Shown piece by piece: positions 59,349-64,000 of a DNA stretch of 64,000 nt; within the stretch, counting starts at the first letter, position 1, and each line of letters opens with the position of its first letter. The stretch spans positions 56,755 through 120,754 of IMG/VR virus record IMGVR_UViG_3300028602_000007; one strand, 5' to 3'. The DNA is from a virus (taxonomy: Duplodnaviria; Caudoviricetes). The notes under the pieces are model-generated. The model searched no databases. It saw nothing but the letters and a program-made list of their open reading frames with translations, and was not told the DNA's origin. The translations under genes and the position numbers were made by a program.

Positions 59349-60698
59349 ATGTATAAAGATTTAAATAAAAGAAAATTATTTGATAATGTTGAATTAGGTT
59401 TTGAATTTGAATTTTTTTCTCCATTAACAAGAAAGGAACTTTCTGAAAAATTAGAAAGAGTATTAAAGAAAAAAGTAACTTGGTCAAATTCATATCATGG
59501 AAAATCTCAAGTTCAACCTAATATTTTTAAATTAGAACCAGATTATTCGGGCGGTATAAAAACCAATGAATTAATTACTGGAGTAATGCCATATAATGAA
59601 GCAATTCATGTATTACTTAAGGTTTTTAATTTTATTAATGAAAATGGATTTACTAATGATAGAACTGGGTTACATATTAATATTTCATTCAATGAAGTAG
59701 ACTTAAATTTATCTGAGCGTTTACAAAATTTAAATATGTTTAAATATATTTTAAATTTAGATGAAAAGAAGATATTTGATTTATGGCCATCTGCTAAATC
59801 TAGAATTCAAAAAATTTATAAAAATTCAGTTTTAAACATTTATCCCAAGAATAAATTTATTGCAGAAACTAGTATTGAATATGCAAATCCAGATAGTCCA
59901 TTAGATTTTAATTTGCCATATTCTAAATATTTTGGTTTAAATTTTACAAAATTACCTAATAATTATTTAGAAGTAAGATATGCTGGCGGAAAAAATTATG
60001 AAACCAAGAAAAAAGAGACAATTGAATTAATTAATTATATTGCCGAAAGTTTATATGAAACTTTACAAAACAATAAATTTTATTCAATTAATGAGCGTAG
60101 AAAAATTAGTGAATTTATGAAGAATCGAAAAGATTTGATCTTATCGATTAAAACATTTGAAAATTTTAAAAGAAATTTTCCAAATATCCAACTATTAGTT
60201 GATTTGAAAAATGACGAGCGTATAATCGAATCAAATTATTCAAATTTTAGAGATTCGTTATTTTCACTAATTACTACTGGTAATTTAAAATCAGGCTTTG
60301 TAAATTATGATACTTCTATTAAAAAGATACAAGTTAGAGAAGCTAAATTAGTTGAATGCTTTTCATTATCTAATATTGATTTCGTTAAATGTTATATTGA
60401 AGGAGAATTAAATGAATGCAGATTAGTTGATTGTAAAGTGAGATCTTCTAGATTATCAAACTTAACTATTTTAGGAGGAAATGATATAAGATATTCATAT
60501 ATAAAAGAATGCTCTTTTATGAATGGTGGAATTAATAAAATACAATCTACATTTATTAAAAATAATCCAGATCAAATAATATATGCTGAACTAAAGGAAT
60601 GTATTATAAGATCAGGAACAGTCGATCTAAATAGTAAAGTTGATAATAAAACTGAATTTATTCAGCATACTTCTACTTCTATGAATCAAGAAAAATAA
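59349..60698 (+). CDS. Putative amidoligase (COOH-NH2 ligase fold) with C-terminal beta-helix-like repeats
   Basis: GFEFEF, LEPDYS, ELITG, TGLHINIS, KYFGLN, LEVRYAGG. Confidence 0.75.
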   Translation: MYKDLNKRKLFDNVELGFEFEFFSPLTRKELSEKLERVLKKKVTWSNSYHGKSQVQPNIFKLEPDYSGGIKTNELITGVMPYNEAIHVLLKVFNFINENGFTNDRTGLHINISFNEVDLNLSERLQNLNMFKYILNLDEKKIFDLWPSAKSRIQKIYKNSVLNIYPKNKFIAETSIEYANPDSPLDFNLPYSKYFGLNFTKLPNNYLEVRYAGGKNYETKKKETIELINYIAESLYETLQNNKFYSINERRKISEFMKNRKDLILSIKTFENFKRNFPNIQLLVDLKNDERIIESNYSNFRDSLFSLITTGNLKSGFVNYDTSIKKIQVREAKLVECFSLSNIDFVKCYIEGELNECRLVDCKVRSSRLSNLTILGGNDIRYSYIKECSFMNGGINKIQSTFIKNNPDQIIYAELKECIIRSGTVDLNSKVDNKTEFIQHTSTSMNQEK

Positions 60699-60709
60699 TA
60701 AAAAATATT

Positions 60710-62314
60710 GTGTCTGTAACAGTAAAACTAAGTTCAATAAAATCCATAGATAATAGAAGCATTTCATCAATTACTGAAATTTCTAATTTTAATTTTCAAA
60801 ATTTAACAAGTTCAATTAGTGAATTTTTAAATTCTATAAATTATGTACAAGGAGATGAAGTTAGTATTGATATAGATGATATTTCAGCAGATTCTTTAAA
60901 ACTTAGAGAAAGTTTAATTGTTTATGGTAATAAAGTAGGAACAGTTTATCCAGAAAACATTAAATTATTAACAAATGGCTCAATTTTAGCTAAAAATATT
61001 AAAGTTGATGATGTTTCATCAGCAAAACGGATTAGGCTTAGAGTTTTTGGAGAATTACCAATAACTGGTATTCCTGGAGAAATGGTATACATACAAGCAC
61101 AAGGAACTAGAATTGAAGGTATATATGTTTGGTTAAATAGTACTGGCTGGACTTTATTATATGGTATAGGAACGGGTGCAGGATCTGGTGAAATTTCAGA
61201 AATAAGTTCAATATGTAGACAATCAGTTTTACAAGAAGTTTCAGCAGATAATGTAAGCTCAGATAATTCATTAATATCATCTAATTTATTTACAGTTCCT
61301 GCTCCAATCGCAACTGATTTTCCAATTCTTTATATTAATGGATTGCAAACACAAATTGGAAATGGTTCAAAATTAACATCTGCTTATTTTAGCAAAGATG
61401 GTGGAACTACTGCAAGTATAATTGGTGAATTAGATTCAACTGATTTACTATATTTTAATCCAACAATCGCAGAATATGAATTAGATACAGATGACACTAT
61501 CACATTAAAATATTTAACAAGTGATCCATATTGTGCACAGTCTGGATATTATTGTAATACTATAAGTGTTTCTAGTGGAAATACTGAATTATCTCCATTT
61601 TCAATTAATATTATTACTACTCCAAGTACAACTGGACCATTGAGAGTTTGTCAAATTCCAAATCCAATAAGCAATGGTTTATATACTATGCCAGATAACT
61701 ATGATTTATCAAATACGATATCTTCATATTCAATTTTAGATATAAATTCTATATTTACATCAATTATTATTAGATTTACATTATCAAGATCATTGTCAGA
61801 AACAGATTTTGATAATATTAAAATATTTAATGAAGTTTCTGGTGTTATTTCAGATGTAACCATAATGTCTGGAATATATTCTCCAGATTTTTCAAATAAG
61901 TATATTTATGCTCAAGTAATTGAGCCTGGTTCATTTTATATAGTTCAAGGAGTTATTCCTACTACAACGGCAACTTCAACAACTACTACAACAACCCTTG
62001 CCTGTCCAATTAATAATATAAGTTATTCATTAGAAATTGGACCAAATCCAACTCATGTGTTATTTAGTGGAACACCAGAAGGTCCACATACTTTAGAATT
62101 TGTTGATCAACACGGAATGGTATTTAATATAACTGGTTTAATCGAAGATGATATTACTTTACCTTGGACATTAGATTTAAATAATGTAAAATTATCAAGC
62201 GTATCAACGATAATTGGAGTTTATACATTTACTTATGATACTTCTTGTGTATATACTGTAGAAATTCCGTTATCTGCTATTACTACAACTACTACAACAA
62301 CACTTGCAAGTTAA
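60710..62314 (+). CDS. Putative virion protein with Thr-rich tracts (GTG start)
   Basis: PTTTATSTTTTTT and C-terminal TTTTTTTLAS. Confidence 0.6.
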   Translation: MSVTVKLSSIKSIDNRSISSITEISNFNFQNLTSSISEFLNSINYVQGDEVSIDIDDISADSLKLRESLIVYGNKVGTVYPENIKLLTNGSILAKNIKVDDVSSAKRIRLRVFGELPITGIPGEMVYIQAQGTRIEGIYVWLNSTGWTLLYGIGTGAGSGEISEISSICRQSVLQEVSADNVSSDNSLISSNLFTVPAPIATDFPILYINGLQTQIGNGSKLTSAYFSKDGGTTASIIGELDSTDLLYFNPTIAEYELDTDDTITLKYLTSDPYCAQSGYYCNTISVSSGNTELSPFSINIITTPSTTGPLRVCQIPNPISNGLYTMPDNYDLSNTISSYSILDINSIFTSIIIRFTLSRSLSETDFDNIKIFNEVSGVISDVTIMSGIYSPDFSNKYIYAQVIEPGSFYIVQGVIPTTTATSTTTTTTLACPINNISYSLEIGPNPTHVLFSGTPEGPHTLEFVDQHGMVFNITGLIEDDITLPWTLDLNNVKLSSVSTIIGVYTFTYDTSCVYTVEIPLSAITTTTTTTLAS

Positions 62315-62346
62315 ATCTTAATTTTTAATAATGATATAACATTATT

Positions 62347-63318
62347 ATGTTAAACAATAAGATTATTTTTATGTGCGCACAGCCAGATGTGCCATATTTT
62401 CATTGGCAAGTTGAAGTTATGCTTGTTAATTTCATTAAAAATGGAATTAACCCAAATTGGATCGAAGTTTTATGGGCAATTGATCCAGGTAAAGATAGGT
62501 CAATTGAATTACAAAAATTAATTAATAAATATCCATATGTTAGATTTTTTAGTTATCAAAAAACGATTAATAATAATTATGGATATATTCCAATATTGAG
62601 ACCTGATATAATTGAACAACATTTTAAAAGATTTCCAAATTTACGAGGAGAAGTTATATTTTACCATGATTCTGACATAATTTTTAGAAAATTACCAAAT
62701 TTTGATTCTATGTATAATGATATGTATTGGTATTTAAGCGATACTATTTCATATATCGGAGCAGATTACATAAAATCTAAGTCTAAGAATTTGTTTATTG
62801 ATATGTGTAATATCGCGAATATTGATCCTAAACAGGTTGAAGATAATCAATTAAATTCAGGTGGTGCTCAATATTTAATGAAAGGTTTAACTTCTACTTA
62901 TTGGAAAGAAGTTAAAGATACTGCATTGTCTTTATATAAATATATGTCAGATTTAGAAAATCTTGAACGTAAAAAATTATCAAATATAGAATTAAAAACA
63001 TATAATCCTATTCAAAAATGGTGTGCTGATATGTGGGCAGTTTTATGGATTGCTATTAAAAATGGTGCTAATATAAGAATTTCTTCAGAATTATCATTTA
63101 GTTGGGGAACTTCTAGCTTAGATGAATATTATTTACATAATATTATGCATAATGCTGGAGTAACAAAAGATCATGTTAATTTATTTTTTAAAGGTGATTT
63201 TATTAACAAAAATCCATTTACTTTTGATTTTTCTAATATTGATACTAATTCTGCATCATTTAAATATATTGAAGCTATTAACTATGTAAATGAACATAGT
63301 AAAAAGATTGATAAATAA
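62347..63318 (+). CDS. GT-A fold glycosyltransferase resembling plant peptide O-glycosyltransferases (HPAT/SERGT-like)
   Basis: YFHWQ, YIPILRP, YHDSDIIF (DxD), GGAQY, WCADMWA, HNAG. Confidence 0.72.
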   Translation: MLNNKIIFMCAQPDVPYFHWQVEVMLVNFIKNGINPNWIEVLWAIDPGKDRSIELQKLINKYPYVRFFSYQKTINNNYGYIPILRPDIIEQHFKRFPNLRGEVIFYHDSDIIFRKLPNFDSMYNDMYWYLSDTISYIGADYIKSKSKNLFIDMCNIANIDPKQVEDNQLNSGGAQYLMKGLTSTYWKEVKDTALSLYKYMSDLENLERKKLSNIELKTYNPIQKWCADMWAVLWIAIKNGANIRISSELSFSWGTSSLDEYYLHNIMHNAGVTKDHVNLFFKGDFINKNPFTFDFSNIDTNSASFKYIEAINYVNEHSKKIDK

Positions 63319-63351
63319 GATAAATAATATCATATAAAAATATCAGTTTAA

Positions 63352-64000
63352 ATGTCTAATAGATTACCAATAAAACAAGTCGATTTAAGTAAAACTATAG
63401 AAAATGAGTCATTAACAAAAGTTTTAGTTTTAGATGGTGTTACTGGTAAAGTCTATTGGACAACTTCAATTGAGGCTGGTTCAGGAGGAAGCGGATCAAG
63501 CGGAACTTCAGGATCAAGCGGAACTTCCGGAATAGCTGGAGCAGATGGAAGCTCAGGAACTTCAGGATCAAGTGGAACTTCAGGAATAGCTGGAGCAGAT
63601 GGAACCTCAGGAACTTCAGGATCAAGTGGAACTTCAGGAATAGCTGGAGCAGATGGAACCTCAGGAACAGATGGAGCAGATGGAACTTCAGGATCAAGTG
63701 GTTCATCTGGAGTAGACGGAACGGCATTTGGAACCTCAGGAACAGATGGAAGCTCAGGAACTTCAGGATCAAGTGGAACTTCAGGAACAGATGGAGCAGA
63801 TGGAACTTCAGGATCAAGTGGTTCATCTGGAGTAGACGGAACGGCATTTGGAACCTCAGGAACAGATGGAACCTCAGGAACTTCAGGATCAAGTGGAACC
63901 TCAGGAACAGATGGAGCAGATGGAACTTCAGGATCAAGTGGTTCATCTGGAGTAGACGGAACGGCATTTGGAACCTCAGGAACAGATGGAAGCTCAGGAA
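63352..64000 (+). CDS. Collagen-like Gly-Ser/Thr repeat protein, runs off the window (not in the ORF track)
   Basis: ATG at 63352: MSNRLPIKQ...EAGSGGSGSSGTSGSSGTSGIAGADG..., open to the window end; ATAAATA twice upstream. Confidence 0.85.
   Translation, partial: MSNRLPIKQVDLSKTIENESLTKVLVLDGVTGKVYWTTSIEAGSGGSGSSGTSGSSGTSGIAGADGSSGTSGSSGTSGIAGADGTSGTSGSSGTSGIAGADGTSGTDGADGTSGSSGSSGVDGTAFGTSGTDGSSGTSGSSGTSGTDGADGTSGSSGSSGVDGTAFGTSGTDGTSGTSGSSGTSGTDGADGTSGSSGSSGVDGTAFGTSGTDGSSG
63481..64000 (+). repeat. Hierarchical 9-bp / 54-bp / 120-bp repeats encoding G-X-Y triplets
   Basis: The 60-mers starting at 63661, 63781 and 63901 are identical, giving a 120-bp period. Confidence 0.95.

Noticed and set aside
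885-59493. Numerous short ORF-track entries overlapping long genes (e.g. 885-1103, 24929-25441, 41454-41882, 59218-59493)
   Set aside because: They are antisense or alternate-frame shadows of well-supported genes and have no recognisable motifs.
62347-63318. T4-like DNA glucosyltransferase for hmC
   Set aside because: T4 AGT/BGT are GT-B fold without DxD. This protein has a DxD motif, peptide-GT-like motifs and a virion-gene context. A DNA role is not fully excluded.
63440-63967. 175-aa minus-strand ORF with repeated FHLILKFL
   Set aside because: It is the antisense shadow of the + strand Gly-Ser/Thr repeat gene.
1-64000. Stop-codon reassignment (as in some large gut phages)
   Set aside because: Standard-code ORFs already tile the window densely and conserved genes are uninterrupted.
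1-64000. tRNA or rRNA genes
   Set aside because: No cloverleaf or rRNA-like sequence was seen in the short intergenic regions.

Overview
AT-rich, gene-dense 64-kb segment of a large (jumbo-type) T4-like myovirus, read in the standard genetic code. It has three blocks. (i) 1-7.8 kb, + strand: gp23-like major capsid protein (5' end probably outside the window), a free-standing Vsr/DUF559-type endonuclease, small head-associated proteins with a T4 capsid-targeting-like motif, and the tail tube. (ii) 7.9-36.2 kb, mostly - strand: nucleotide metabolism, replication, recombination and host takeover. This includes dCMP deaminase, a thymidylate-synthase-family enzyme with a dCMP-type Asp, gp46/gp47 flanking a degenerate SET protein, gp41 helicase, UvsX, an N-terminal-only family B polymerase, dUTPase, HAD nucleotidase, GroES, GroEL, RNase H, gp32, Hc1-like and ribosomal S1-like proteins. 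The tail sheath is embedded here on the + strand. (iii) 36.5-64 kb, + strand: RuvC-like resolvase, gp55-like late sigma factor, very large virion proteins, an amidoligase, a glycosyltransferase and a Gly-Ser/Thr collagen-like protein that runs off the window. The most striking candidate system is virion protein O-glycosylation: a glycosyltransferase resembling plant peptide O-glycosyltransferases sits among genes with mucin-like Thr tracts and Ser/Thr collagen repeats. Other notable signals are two structured intergenic RNA candidates, a recurring AAAC(T)-N16-TAnAAw promoter motif, and a GC-only repeat with back-to-back promoters at the strand switch. The host is probably a Bacteroidota member (inference). 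All family assignments come from motif recognition by eye; no searches were run.
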